DNA from: Octopus bimaculoides
Taxonomy: Eukaryota
Reading direction: 5' to 3'
Length of the DNA stretch: 64,000 nucleotides
NCBI RefSeq assembly: GCF_001194135.2
Contig: NC_068998.1
Location: 39,083,718-39,147,717 of the forward strand
Below, one piece after another: positions 25,511 through 38,610 of this stretch. Position 1 is the stretch's first letter, and each line of letters opens with the position of its first letter. The position numbers were made by a program, and so were the translations under genes. The notes beneath the pieces were generated by a model. That model ran no database searches. It worked only from the letters and a program-made list of their open reading frames with translations, and was not told the origin of the DNA.

Positions 25511-27834
25511 TTTTGACTATTGCTTATTGTATTGTCCATGGAAGAATGAAAATTACACCATCCCTTGCCAGATTTGAACTCAGAGCATAAAGATATATAA
25601 CTAAATACTGTAGAGGATTTAGTCTCATGCATAACCATTTCTACTGTTCCATTATCATTTTTTTTTATATATATATTAATTATAATGACAATAAATAGTT
25701 TCTCTTAAATTTACTGGGTAAACCTACTTGGTTTTGCCAATAACATCTGACACCGTTTTCAAGTAGACAGTATACTATTGAGACTCTCAGAACATTGTAT
25801 TCTTGAGTTGTGTGTTGGAAACAGAGGTGGTGGTGGTGGGGTTCCGTTTGGCTTTTATTAATGGTATTAAAAGTAAACTAACCATTAGAGATATCTAATT
25901 TACTGGCTAACACTAGCAACCAGCAGTCACTTTGAGCTGTTCTGTTTACCAATAGTTCTGTACAATTCAGATAGCAACAACTATACATTGACACCTATTC
26001 AAACACTGGCATTACACACTTTTCCGGCTAATTTCCGGCAAATTCCCTCTGAAGACAATTGCGTCCATTTGTAACTGATTGTTCCATCAAGTTGTTTTAC
26101 TGGTAAACCACTATAATCAAAGACACTTTTAGCCTCCCTACCACCTCCTGCCAGTGTTGTGTGTAGAGCCATTGTTGATGTGTTTGAAACCTTCAGTATT
26201 GTAATTAAGACTCTGTGTGTGTGTGTGTGTGTGTGTCCATTGTTTAATTCAAAGATTGTTGTAAAATCCCTTCTTCAGTCAAGTGATAAGATACTACTAT
26301 TTAATACTGTTACAGTGCAGATGTTGCAGTGTGTACTTTCAATCGTCACTCACACACACTTTCATGCTCCTCAAATAATCACACGTGCACAATTACAGGA
26401 GAACTGTATATTGGTACATAGCTGTGTGTGTGTGTGTGTACTTGTACAAATTGTATATATATAAGCATGAGATATTGTGAAAATATTTATTTATACTCCA
26501 CACTGCTGTGATAAATGGCCAATTGTGTGAGCTTTGTGATCAGAGGTATCCATCAATGAATGATCGACTCTATCGACTTCCCGGTGTGTGTGTGTGAGAG
26601 AGGGTGAGGGGAGAGGATAAGTCGGAAGTGTAACAATGATATCTTTTCTCTCAATTACAGAAAGTGAAATAGATACAGCTGGGAAATGAGCCTGACTTAT
26701 AGATTCACTTTACTGGTCATTTACTACCTACATTACAGCACTTGGATTGTATGTGCACACACACACACAGACATATAAACACACACATGCATACTCAGAT
26801 ACCCACTTACATGTATGCATATCATCATCATCATTTTAACATCCACTTTCTCATGCTTGCATGAGTCAAACATACTTTGTAAAGGCAGATTGTCTATGGC
26901 CAGATGCCCATCCCGCCTTTTTGTTGCCAACCTTCACCTAAGATAATATTTCCCAATGGCCAGATATGTTTTTACAGAAGATTGGAAATGAAGGATGTCG
27001 CTTGCATGGTGGTGACACTTGCTTACAACTATCATGTGATGTCAAGACAAGGAGACTGTGTGTGTGTAACACACACACACACACACACATACATGGATTT
27101 GGTAAATGGAAACTGAAAGAAGCCAGTCATATGTATATATGTGTGTGCCTTTGTGTTTTGTCTCTGTGTTTGTCCCCCACCACAGTTTGACAACCAGTGT
27201 TGGCATATTTATGTCCCTGTTCGATGGATAGAAGAGATACCAGACTGAAAACAATGTGCTGGGATTGATTCATTTAACTAAAATTCTTCAAGATGGTGCC
27301 CCAGCAAGGCCGTAGTCTAATGAGTGAAGCAAATAAAAGATAAGCATGCACACAAACGCGTGCACACACACACAAACACACAGTAGCTTGACTTAACATT
27401 CAACTGTTACCTTCACAGTTCAGGAGTTGTGGGGAGCATGGAGTCACCCCTTAATTGCCATTACTTCCAAGTCTGTTCTGACATAAAATGGTAGTACCTG
27501 TCAGATTTTTTTGTAAGGGTAAACTGAGCTCTGTAGTTGTAGTGAAATCAATCAATTTAAGGGAAAGAAAACTCCAAAATTAATACCCTCTGCCCTAAGC
27601 CAGCACAGAAGAGTATGGCTGATGAAACTAATGTTAGGTATGTCCAATAACATAGATTCATGTTCTGAAGGCAGCTATCTCTCATCAGCATACATTCTGC
27701 TGCAGGCAGAGATAGCAGGAAATAGTGATTACCCTCACACACCCATTCCATATACAATTGTCTTTGGCAACATCAGCTTCTGCAAAGTTCCTTGAAGTCT
27801 TCAAAATGTGAAAAATATATGAAAGTGTGAAATT

Positions 27835-28030
27835 GCATGGCCTAGTGGTTAGGATGTTACACTCACAATTAATTGTAAGATCATGATTTCGGTTCCCAGA
27901 GCAGGCAGTACATTATGTTCTTGTGCAAAACACTTTCTTTCACATTCCAGTCCACTCATCTGTAAATGAGTTCTGGCAATAGTTGGGGAAGTTAACCTGC
28001 AATGGACCAGCATCCCATCCAGTAATTTTA
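27835..28030 (+). mobile_element. tRNA-derived SINE family D
   Basis: gcatggcctagtggttaggatgttacactcacaa...gatttcggttccc...cttgtgcaaaacactttctttcac...ccactcatctgtaaatgagt. Confidence 0.65.
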
Positions 28031-28132
28031 ATTACTTATACACCATAGACACCAGATTAAGCTGTGACCTTATGAGTCCTGGAGCTCATGAAAAGAATAA
28101 AAGTAAAATGCCAATTTTTCTGTGAAAATTCT

Positions 28133-28134
<2 letters not shown>

Positions 28135-28176
<42 letters not shown>

Positions 28177-28240
28177 NNNNNNNNNNNNNNNNNNNNNNNN
28201 NNNNNNNNNNNNNNNNNNNNNNNNNNNNNNNNNNNNNNNN

Positions 28241-28293
<53 letters not shown>
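28135..28293. repeat. (CT)n / assembly gap / (CA)n
   Basis: Microsatellites flank the N run at 28177-28240. Confidence 0.95.
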
Positions 28294-28296
<3 letters not shown>

Positions 28297-28390
28297 TTCA
28301 ACAAGGTTTCACTCACTGTGAAGCCTTATCTCAGTTTTGCACTGTCTCTTTTCTGTTTGATTGCTTCACTTTATCTCCACAGCTGACTAA

Positions 28391-28426
<36 letters not shown>

Positions 28427-29508
28427 GTTTGTCTACTCTGCATAATTAACCACTTCTTGCAATTCTCTTCATTCACTAAATCTATACAAGAATATGGATT
28501 TTAGCACAACCTATAAAACTTTTTAATCATGGTTTCTGTATTACCAGTTTGCTTTGGCTTTAATAGTAGAATCAGCTGAAAGAGAGTTTTAAAATAAGTG
28601 TTTCCTGTTGTGAGCCAACACACTGGAGGATTGTAATTGCTTTGTTACCATATTTCTAAAGTAAAACATTACTTGTGTTTCAATGAATTTTTGTAATTAC
28701 TGTTCTTAGAAGGGTCAAAGAAATAACTTTGTTATTATTTATTTGGTATTTAGATACATAAATTAAAACAAATATCCTAATGTAAAATTATGATGGAAGG
28801 TTTTAATATAACCCTTTTGATACCAAACCACCCAAGACTGCTCTTGCTTTTATTGTACAAATTTCTTGTTTTAAAATGATGTAAATCATAACTTCCAATT
28901 AAAATTTCATGGTAATTTATGATCCAAGTATCAGCTTAATTCTGACAAAGTTATCTTACTATATTCTTCATTAGTTTTGAAATTAATTGACAGAAAAACA
29001 GTGTATTTCAACAGAAACATGGTAACAAAATAGACATAAACACTTTAAAATGTGAGAGTTTGTATCATAAAAACAGAAACAGTTTTGGGTGGTTTTAGTA
29101 AATAATATTGAATAGCTAACAAAACTTTTTAATATACAGTGCTCCCACCAACTGCTATCACTGTATAGATTTGTGTGTGTGTGTGTGTTTGTGTCTGTCC
29201 TCCACCACCACCACTTGACAACCTGTGTTAGTGTGTTCTCATCACCATAACTTAGTAGTTTGGCAAAGTGCTGGGGCCAATTAATTCAACTAAACTCTTC
29301 AAGGCGGTGCCCCAGCATGGCCACAGTCTAATGACTGAAACAAAAAGATAAAGGATAAAAAATACAGATGTAATGGCTGGAATACTTCTAGATAGGTCTG
29401 CTTATTCAAAGTTAAGTTAAGGTTGAACAACAACAACAGCAACAACAACAACAACGAATGAATAGACACAAAATAACCTCATCCCCACCCCCACCTGTTG
29501 TCATACAA

Positions 29509-29562
29509 ACAAAGTTAATAATAGCATACAAAGTTAATAATAGCACACAAAGTTAATAATAC
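29509..29562. repeat. 19-bp tandem repeat x3
   Basis: acaaagttaataatagcat / acaaagttaataatagcac / acaaagttaataatac. Confidence 0.9.
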
Positions 29563-30122
29563 TCTCAAGATGGAATTCAGTGGTAGATTAGCTGAAATCA
29601 GTGATGCGTGGAAGATTTATGTAATTAACACTTTATAAATGAAAACATGAAATTAGCCTGGTATTTTCAAGGTGCTTGAGTATTGTTGCATATGTTTGTC
29701 TTGTTTTGCTGTAGGTCACAGGTGAAGTTGACTCTCTTTTGACATCATCATCATCACCAGCTTTTAATGTTCCTTTTTCCATTCTGGCGTGGGTTGGACA
29801 GTTAGACTGGAGCTGGTAATGCCAGGGGCCACACCAGACTCCATTGTCTGTTCTGGCATGGTTTCTACAGCGGGATGTCCTTCCTATCACCAACCCTTCC
29901 ACAGAGTGTACTGGCTGCTTTTAACGTGACACCATCACCAGTATTAGTTCTGCTGTGGTGGATGGGTCTTCTTCAGTAAAGCAATGTACCAGATATCTTG
30001 GCTCTTAATCATTTCAATACTTTGTCCCGCCTTCCTGGGTCTCCCTCTTCCACAAGTTCCATCCATTTTAATTGGTCGGCACTTCTGTATGCAATTGTTT
30101 ACACACACACACACACACACAT

Positions 30123-30350
30123 GGCGAGCTGGCAGAAACGTTAGCACGCCGGGCGAAATGCTTAGCGGTATTTCGTCTGCCGCTATGTTCTGAGTTCAAA
30201 TTCTGCCAAGGTCAACTTTGCCTTTCATCCTTTCGGGGTCGATTAAATAAGTACCAGTTACGCACTGGGGTCGGTATAATCGACTTAATCCGTTTGTCTG
30301 TCCTTGTTTGTCCCCTCTGTGTGTAGCACCTTGTGGGTAGTAAAGAAATA
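30123..30350 (+). mobile_element. Young, near-intact SINE family A copy (long 3' subtype)
   Basis: ggcgagctggcagaaacgttagcacgccgggcgaaatgcttagcgg...gttctgagttcaaattc...ttgtgggtagtaaagaaata. CpGs are intact and it is highly similar to 46367-46602 and 61296-61511. The central domain resembles the MetaSINE domain (recalled, unverified). Confidence 0.9.
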
Positions 30351-30389
30351 ACACACATATGCACACACGTATATACACAGGAAAATACT

Positions 30390-30490
30390 GAAGATACATT
30401 ATTTACATTATTTACAATTGATGGATATTTGTCCTCATCTTTGTTGTTAACGCGTTTCGGCTGATATACTCTCCAGTCTTCATCAGGTGT
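30390..30490 (-). mobile_element. Penelope-like (PLE) terminal fragment with a degenerate hammerhead motif
   Basis: Minus strand reads ACAC-CTGATGA-A-GACTG-gagagtatat-CAGCC-GAAA-CGCGTT. Confidence 0.55.
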
Positions 30491-31270
30491 AAAGACAGAC
30501 AAAATGCTGCAAAGTATTTTGCCTGGCATGCTAATGATTCTGCCAGCTCATCACCAAAGAATTGCAAAATATATTGATTTCAAATTTTGGCACAAGGCCA
30601 GTAATTGTGGGGGAGGTGGTAAGTTGATTACATTGACCTCAGTGCTCAACTGATGCTTATTTTATCGACTTGAAAGGATGAGAGGCAAAACTGACCCTGG
30701 AAACATTTGAACTCAGAATGTAAAGACAGTTGAAATGCTCCTAAGCATTTTGCTCAGCGTGTTGACGATTCTGCCGCTCAATGTCAAAGAATTATTAAAT
30801 ATATTGATTTCAAAATTTGGCACAAGGGAGAGAGAGTAAGTTGATTACATCGACCTCAGGGCTCATCTGGTACTTATTTTATCGACCCTGAAAGGATGAA
30901 AGGTAAAGTCAACCCTGGTAGTGTTTGAACTTAGAATGTAGAGACAGTTGAAATGCTGCTGAGCATTTTGCCTGAGCATTTTGCCAGGTTCATGATTCTG
31001 CTAGCCTGCTGCCAAAGTGTTATAAAATATACCGATTTCAAATTTTGACACAAGGCCAGCAATTTTGGGGAAGGGAGTAAATTGATTACATTGACCACAG
31101 TGCTCAACTGGTACTTAATCTATTGACTCTGAAAGGATGAAAGACAAAGTCGACCTTGGCTGAATTTGAACTCAGAACATAAAGATGGATGAAATGCCAC
31201 TAAGTATTTTGCCTGGTGTGCTAACGATTCTGCCAGCTCGCTGCCAATCAGTTATGAAATATATTAAAAA
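30490..31270 (-). repeat. Tandem array of about 235-bp units (SINE A plus shared linker), 3 full and 1 partial
   Basis: Each SINE copy is joined by homologous linkers caaagaattgcaaaatatattgat / caaagaattattaaatatattgat / caaagtgttataaaatataccgat / caatcagttatgaaatatatt. Confidence 0.85.
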
Positions 31271-31795
31271 TATTTTTTTATCTTGTGCAAATATGGTCTA
31301 GTGAAAAAATCAATATGTTGAGTAGAGGATATATAGCTATGTTTTTTAATCAAAAGTTAACAGTCTACTCAGTTTCATTCTATTAGCAAACATGAATAGA
31401 GTTAAAGATTGTCCCAATCTATTCATACAATATCTTTCCATCATAATTACTCACATTTTAAATTAGTTTTCAAAAGTAATCATCAGCCCACCCACACATC
31501 CTTTTCCAAGGTCAGTGCACCTATGTAAACTGCAAACAGTTTATTCTACCCGACAGTCGAACATCTCAGCTCAGGGCCAAACTCTCAATAGACTGTCAAC
31601 TTTTCACATGATAAACATTTACACATGTATATATGTATGTATGTAGAGAGAGGTTTATTGATATATATGAGAAAGATAAAACTCAAAACAGTGTTATATG
31701 TATGTAGGAGAATATACAAATAATAACAACAGACGAGGACAGGTGGTGTAAATAACAAAAGTATATATTAGTATGACGCTCGGGAATACGGAAAG

Positions 31796-31832
31796 TCTTT
31801 GACGTTTCGAGCTACGCTCTTCAACAGAAAGA
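31796..31832 (-). ncRNA. Minimal type I hammerhead ribozyme motif (PLE-type) with variant core, inside a PLE fragment at about 31700-31860
   Basis: Minus strand TCTTT-CTGTTGA-A-GAGC-GTA-GCTC-GAAA-CGT-C-AAAGA: helix I TCTTT/AAAGA, helix II GAGC/GCTC, palindromic ACGT helix III, GUC cleavage triplet. Confidence 0.7.
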
Positions 31833-31858
31833 ATACGGAGACAAGGAGAAAAACACGG

Positions 31859-31896
<38 letters not shown>

Positions 31897-33010
31897 CATA
31901 TGGAATAGAAGGGGTTATAATCCAAGCTGTAGAACTATGGACAAGAGATTCTGTACATGTTTTTTCTACATTTGTTTGTAACTCCTATCTTGTAATGAAA
32001 CACGTGCACCATAAAATAAAAAAAAATATACCAATTTTTTCAATCTTCTGTTTTGATGTGCACACAAACACACACACACACACACACACTCTCTCTCTCT
32101 CCCTGGTTTAGCAATGAAAGAAAGAGTACTCAGTACATGGTGTAGAGTTTTTTTTGTATGGTGAGTCTCTCAATTGCTGCTCAGTATCTCATTCAAGGTG
32201 GCTTTCAGGTGACCATATTTATATGTGTGTGTGTGTGTGTAAACATAAATTTAATCAGTACAAATACAACCATATTTATTTATTTATTTATTTCAATTTT
32301 CTGTTACATATTTCCCTCGTAATCTATTATTGTCGAGTGCAAAGTCTATGCCTTCCTTCTTCTATTAATATATATTTTGTTCAATCATTGGGGTATTTCT
32401 AATGAGATACTTGTGAGATTTTAACAACTTGTTCGCTAAATTTGATGTATTTAGCCTAATTTCAATTTCAAAGCTTGTTCAACAATTAATGCCACTTGAT
32501 ATCATTATTCATAGCAGATTAAGATTTACATAATGATTAGAAATGGATTAGTGGAATCCTATTACTGTGAGCAGCTCTTTACTAATCACAAGTGTTGGTC
32601 ACTCTAGTAGTATTAGCAAAGAAGTCTGTATTATCTTTGGCCAAAATAAACATGTTATCTAATATTTTGTATGTAGTATATAATTGTTTCTCTCCAAGTC
32701 TACAACTTAAAGATTGTACTCATAGCTACAGTCCACAGATGCTGGTAGCACTGTATAATGGTCATTACTATATTTAACTATTTCTAGATGTAGAACTTTT
32801 GCTGTTACTGAGCTAGCCTTGTCATAGTTCAGAATTAGTGACTGCCCACTAAGTACTACCTAGATGTATTTTAGTTTTAAACTGTAAACCCAGTAAGTGC
32901 ATTAACCTTTTCCCATTCTGCTATTGTTATCAATGTAACCAGCCTCAAATTCCTCTATCTTTACCAAGCCTATCTGCTACATGCAAACTTTTCAATGCAT
33001 TATTTATAGT

Positions 33011-33203
33011 GGGATGTGGCGAGCTGGCAGAATTGTTAGCACACTGGACAAAATGTTTAGTGGCATTTCAGCCATCGTTGCATTCTGAGTTCAAATTCTG
33101 CTGAGGTTGACTTTGCTTTTCATCCTTTCGGGGTTGATAAAATAAGTACCAGTTGAGTACTGGGGGTCGATGTAATTGCTAACCTTGTGCCAAAATTTGA
33201 AAC
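33011..33203 (+). mobile_element. SINE family A with 13-bp TSD
   Basis: cattatttatagt at 32998-33010 and 33204-33216. Confidence 0.85.
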
Positions 33204-34089
33204 CATTATTTATAGTTAGTGGTGACTAGAGGAATGCTTTTGTAAGCATCTCGTCTACAACAAAACTCAGGGTGTCTGCAAAACTCCAGCCTATCATTTC
33301 AACTCATCAGGCCATATCATTCATTACCTCTCAGTGTGCAATGTTGCCTTATACCGCAGATCTCATATCTGTGAACATAAGAAGAAGCAACTTATCTCTA
33401 CTCTAGGCAAAATCTTGTATAACCAGCTTAAATGAAATATTTTCCTTTTCCTGATAATCTTCCTGTTTCATTATCTTAACCATGACCTTCTTGCATTTGT
33501 CAGCACTTTTGCTAATCCGTGCATGCACACACACACACACGCACACACACACACACACACACATTCTCACCCTTTGCACTTTACATGTATACATTGACAT
33601 TCCTGTTTTTCTTACGCTTTTTTTCTCTTCTTATCTTTTTCTGTGTGTGTGTGTATTTCTACTTAAAGACTTACCAGTTGCAACATATTAACACCTCCCA
33701 TTCACAATTGTGTTTTAGTCTGTTACTCATAATTGTCATTACTCCCACCCCTTCATTGTGTCATCTGGGTGTTCTACTAACACCTTTTTTTGCTTGGTCA
33801 CCTCTAGCCTTACTTCTTTATGTCTTTCCTCTCCACCACACATACTTTAAGCTTAATTGTTCTGTGTTACCCACTAAACGTTTAAATTTTCTTTACAGAG
33901 TTCATTGCTTCTTCTGAGTTTTCACTCATGTCTCCTTATAGCATATGAACATATTCTAACTTGCAAAGCATGAAGGTATTGCTACAGCATGGCCTTAGCT
34001 GTGATAGCTAAAACAAAGTAGTATGTAATGCCTAGTATATACACACACACGTACACACAGACATATATACATATGTGTGTATGTGTGTC

Positions 34090-34572
34090 TCATACCCAAA
34101 TTTTCAGTGATAATAGACTGAACTGATCAGTAACTAATCTGCACATCCTCTGATAATTCATGGATGGTGATTCGACGATTTCCCCTCATAGCTGCATGCA
34201 CATCTGCAATGTTTTTCTCAGTTCTGCTGGTTCGGGTCTCCCAGAACGTTTGTCAATATTGACATTTTTTAACCATCTTGGAAATGTCTGAACCACTCGT
34301 ACACTTCTGTGTAACTCGTACACTCCTCTCCATCCACTTTCTGCAGCTTTGCACAGGCCTCTGAGCAGGTATCACCATTACAACTTTCTCTGCCATGGTC
34401 AATGCGATGATCACACACTACACACCTTCCTTCCAAGCACTGCTGTAAACAGCAGAAGTGAGCTAGAACATTAAAACTTAGTGCACATGCACAGCAGAGT
34501 TCAAGGTCAATCTTTGTCAAGTGGCTTCACTCCACATTTTAGCTTCTTTACATACTTATTGATCAGACCTCG
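34090..34572 (-). mobile_element. 5' fragment of a mariner (irritans/Hsmar2-like TIR)
   Basis: Terminus CGAGGTCTGATCAATAAGTA; frameshifted HTH region SEACAKLQKVDGEEC...VYEWFRHFQDG and EKNIADVHAAMRGNRRITIHELSEDVQIS. Confidence 0.85.
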
Positions 34573-34616
34573 TGTGTGTGTATATGTCTATATATATTTG
34601 TACATCCACACACGCG

Positions 34617-34664
<48 letters not shown>

Positions 34665-35164
34665 AACACACGTGCACACAACACAAAACAACATGTGACA
34701 TAGATTGAGGTAGAAACCAAGAAGTGCATTAAAGCATATCAAAAATTAATATAACATATCACTGAACATGTGAATTAATTTTCTATAAGAATATATATTT
34801 TTAATTAAAATCAATTTATGCTCAATAATGTAATTTCACACTTATTTACTCTCCATTCTTCTCTACTGGATGATTGATTCTGGCTATCAGCTTTTATACA
34901 ATCAACCTGATTTAATATGTGTTCTGTTTGTTGTATAAAAGCTAAATAAATTGAATCTAACTCAAAATCATGAATCTTTGATTGCCTGGCCAACTACATG
35001 TTCTTTCTAGATGTTCTAACTTTAAAACTCTGAGAGCAAAGTTAGATGTATATTCTTAAATAGCCTGCCTAATAATACCTTTAGCAAGCGTCTTCTGTTC
35101 TAATCTTAGACTGACCAAGGTCTTGTGAATGAAATTGGTTGATGGAAACTGTATGGAAGTCCAC

Positions 35165-35195
<31 letters not shown>

Positions 35196-35762
35196 CTACA
35201 TGTGCATGGTGTTTACATTCCATGTGTCTTTGCATGGCGTTGTTTAAACATGACAGCATTGTCATCATTTAATGCCCATTTTCCATACTGGCATGGGTTG
35301 GACAGTTTGAAGGTGGTGGCAAGCCAGAAAACTGCACTAGGCTCCACTGCCCATTGTGGCATGGTTTTTCTGATCGTATGTTTTTCCTAATGCCAACCAT
35401 GTAAACAGTATGCTGTCTGGCTCTGCACTTTTCTCTTGTGATAACTTGTGGAATAAAGAAAAATCCCTTGCTTAATAAACAAAGGGATTTTGCTAACAGC
35501 AAGAGGATCTGACTATAAAATATTATTGCAAATAAGTGTTCATCTAATCCATTCCATTGTAGGAAAGCAAACAAAGCATATGAATGAAGCATAGCAATAT
35601 ACACCTGATAGGACCTAGTGGGAGTGCGGAGAATATCTGAGAGTTGTTTTAAACTGTATCAATATTACATACCACATGTAACGTAACTGGATCAGGTAGC
35701 AATGACAAATGGTGTAAATCTTGCCAATTGTGTCAAATACACCTCATAATGCAATTCTGTGA

Positions 35763-35890
35763 GCTAACAGTGGGTACTGGTGTTAGCCATAACACTTATA
35801 CCACATGTGACAGCTAACAGTTTGTACTAGTGTAAACCATAACAGTAATATATGCTACATGTGATATAGCTAACAGTCAGTACTGGTTGA
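35763..35890. repeat. Degenerate 50-56-bp minisatellite, about 2.4 copies
   Basis: Units begin gctaacag..gtact.gt at 35763, 35813 and 35869. Confidence 0.7.
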
Positions 35891-37702
35891 AAGTCATCAT
35901 CATGTCTTGGCTTTGTGAGCAAAGATTCCTGAAGGGAGCTTTATAAAGAGACTTGCTGGTGGCTGACAAGACCAGAACAGGCAGACCTGGCCACTGTGCT
36001 GCAAAGGAAAGTCTGTTCTGGTTTAACTGCTTGAGTGTTCCTCAATCTCCACACATCTTCAAAAGCAACACTGTACATTTTTAAAGGATAAGACAGACGT
36101 GTGAATGTTATTTCACCAAGCCTTATGCCTGTTGGCTATAGTAAAAGCCTGATGATGATCAATGTAACAAACACCAAAGGATTCCTTTAGAGTTGTCCTT
36201 GTATCGTTTCTTGATTTTTCCCGTGTCACAGTGAGCCATGTAGAGTTTGCCATACAACATAATCTTAGGCAGGAGATGATTTCTATCCAGGAATCATGCT
36301 CTTCTCAGAGTTCTAGGTGGTGATAGTAGCTAATCCATGACTTGGAATCTTATAGGTGGGTGGCCAGTGCAACAGCTCTAGATATGTTGAGGCTTTTCCT
36401 CAGATATTTGGTATTCCAGACTCTTGTGTACAGTCTGCCAAATGTTCTATTTGCTTTTTCCATATAATAATTGGATACATGAAACAGTGAGACCATCCTA
36501 TTTCATATCTGCATATATATTTCTTTTTAAAACACATTTGTTAGCAGCAGAGGTAACATTAGTACTGAGAGGTAATATTTATCTCCACTCAAATGTGGAT
36601 GTTCTGTTAGAACAAACTTATACTGTAGTTGTCACCACGAGAGAAACTCTCATATTGGCTTCTGGTGCAAAATGCATTCTTGTTTATATTGCTAGTGAGG
36701 AATATAGAACAGGGTGATTTGAGGTAGATTTGACTGCTATTTTTGCAGGTCAAGTGACTACAGGGACTCCTTCTTTTGCTTTGTTTCTGTTGAAAGCTAA
36801 TTGATTTGTGCCTCCCCACAGTATTTGTTTATAATTAGTAAACTGAATTAAGAAAGTCAAATGCCCTTTCTAGTGACCCAGCATAGTGCCAATGACAAGA
36901 TATGTCCAGCCTTTCACTCCCTGGCTCAAAGCAAGCTGCCTTCCTCATGACTCAGCCAGCTATTATTATTCATAAAACTTGTGTATCAAGTTTAGAATGC
37001 ACAAACACACACTCACAAACACAATATGGGAAACANNNNNNNNNNNNNNNNNNNNNNNNNNNNNNNNNNNNNNNNNNNNNNNNNNNNNNNNNNNNNNNNN
37101 NNNNNNNNNNNNNNNNNNNNNNNNNNNNNNNNNNNCACTGAGTTTAAATTATAATGTATTTAATGCTAAAGCAGAACAGTGAAATTCTCTGGCATCCATG
37201 TTGCAACATGTTTTAATTCTTGGAATGTATTTCTTTAGAATTTATTATCATTATTTTATTTTCAGTCACATAGTGAGATCTATTGAAAACAGTTTGCCCC
37301 ACCCCTTTCTCTATTGCATTATTGTATTCTGTATGAATAGGTATTCATTAATATTATATAACACAGACTACATAACTAGGGCATATTTTTGTTATTATGT
37401 AGACTGTAGGCAATCAGAAAAAAAAAAAAGAACTTTTGTCAACTGTAGTAAATGTTTATTATTTCAGAGGATCAAGATTGTGTCACAAAAGATAGATTAT
37501 TATTATTTTTATTTCTCTTATTTTTTTTTCACTGTCAGAGAATATTCTCATAGGTTAGATGTTATGGAGTGAAAACACGATCAGAATGAGAATTCCAGAG
37601 AAATGTAATACTAACATTGTAGGTTTACTGCAGATCCATTACAAAAATGTATCTTACCTTGACTAGAGTATTGCTTACATACGTGGGAGTGTGTGCACGC
37701 AT

Positions 37703-37737
<35 letters not shown>

Positions 37738-38274
37738 CATGCACACAACACAAAAGAAAAAGCTGTCTACTTGGTTGGTGTGTGTTTAATCACCATTTAA
37801 TTATATCCACCATAGAGATATGTCAGCTCTCCAACAGTTCTATGGCTAGCACAATGGCTGCTGCTCATCTGAGCTGATTTCTTTCAAACACTGTTCCATT
37901 GTTAACCTGTGCCTTCTTATTACCTTTTCAACTGCATTCACAAAATCCCCTTCCCCTTTTTAAAATGGTGATTGTATACTACCCTCTCCATTTCCCTAAA
38001 CAGACTATGTTCATGTTCAGTGGTTTCTTTACCTACCCCCACCCATCATGTCTCCTTCCCATTATGTATCATTTATTCCCCTGACTGTACTCCAAACCTT
38101 CTTACTCTCTCTGGAGTTCTCACTCTGCTCATATTTTCTCCCCTAACCACTAATCTATGCTAGTTCATACTTAAGAAAATGTGTGTAGTGGGGCAGTTGC
38201 TCTTATAAGGTGTGATGGTGCTCATAGACTTTTCTTAGACTGGAAGAAGGTTGGACATTTAAAAAAAAATCTTT

Positions 38275-38610
38275 CATTTGTTTCAGTCATTAGACTGTGG
38301 CTATACTGGAGCACCACCTTGAAGAATTTTAGTTGAATGAATCGACCCCAGTTCTTATTTTTGTACTAATTATTTTTTATTGTACTGCTAATTTACGGGT
38401 ATGTAAACACACCAACACTGGTTGTGAAGCAGTGGAGAGGGACAAACACACACACACACAATGATAAATAGATTTAGGTATATATACATATACGACAGGT
38501 TTCTTTCAGTTTCCTTCTACCAAATCCTCTCCCAAGGCCTGAGGCTATAGTAGAAGACACTTACCCAAAGTGCCACACAGTGGGACTGAACCTGGAACGA
38601 TGTAGTTTGC
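38275..38610 (-). mobile_element. Composite SINE family B
   Basis: Reversed gttcagtcccactgtgtggcactttgggtaagtgtcttct (CORE-like) plus the 3' module. Confidence 0.75.

Noticed and set aside
26045-26090. CTGAAGA followed by a potential stem
   Set aside because: No GAAA core after the stem.
30123-30210. tRNA-like A/B boxes suggesting tRNA genes
   Set aside because: These are SINE heads; no complete cloverleaf was found anywhere in the window.
30490-31270. Repeat-linker periodicity resembling a CRISPR array
   Set aside because: The repeats are SINE copies of about 210 bp, the linkers are homologous to each other, the context is eukaryotic and there are no cas genes.
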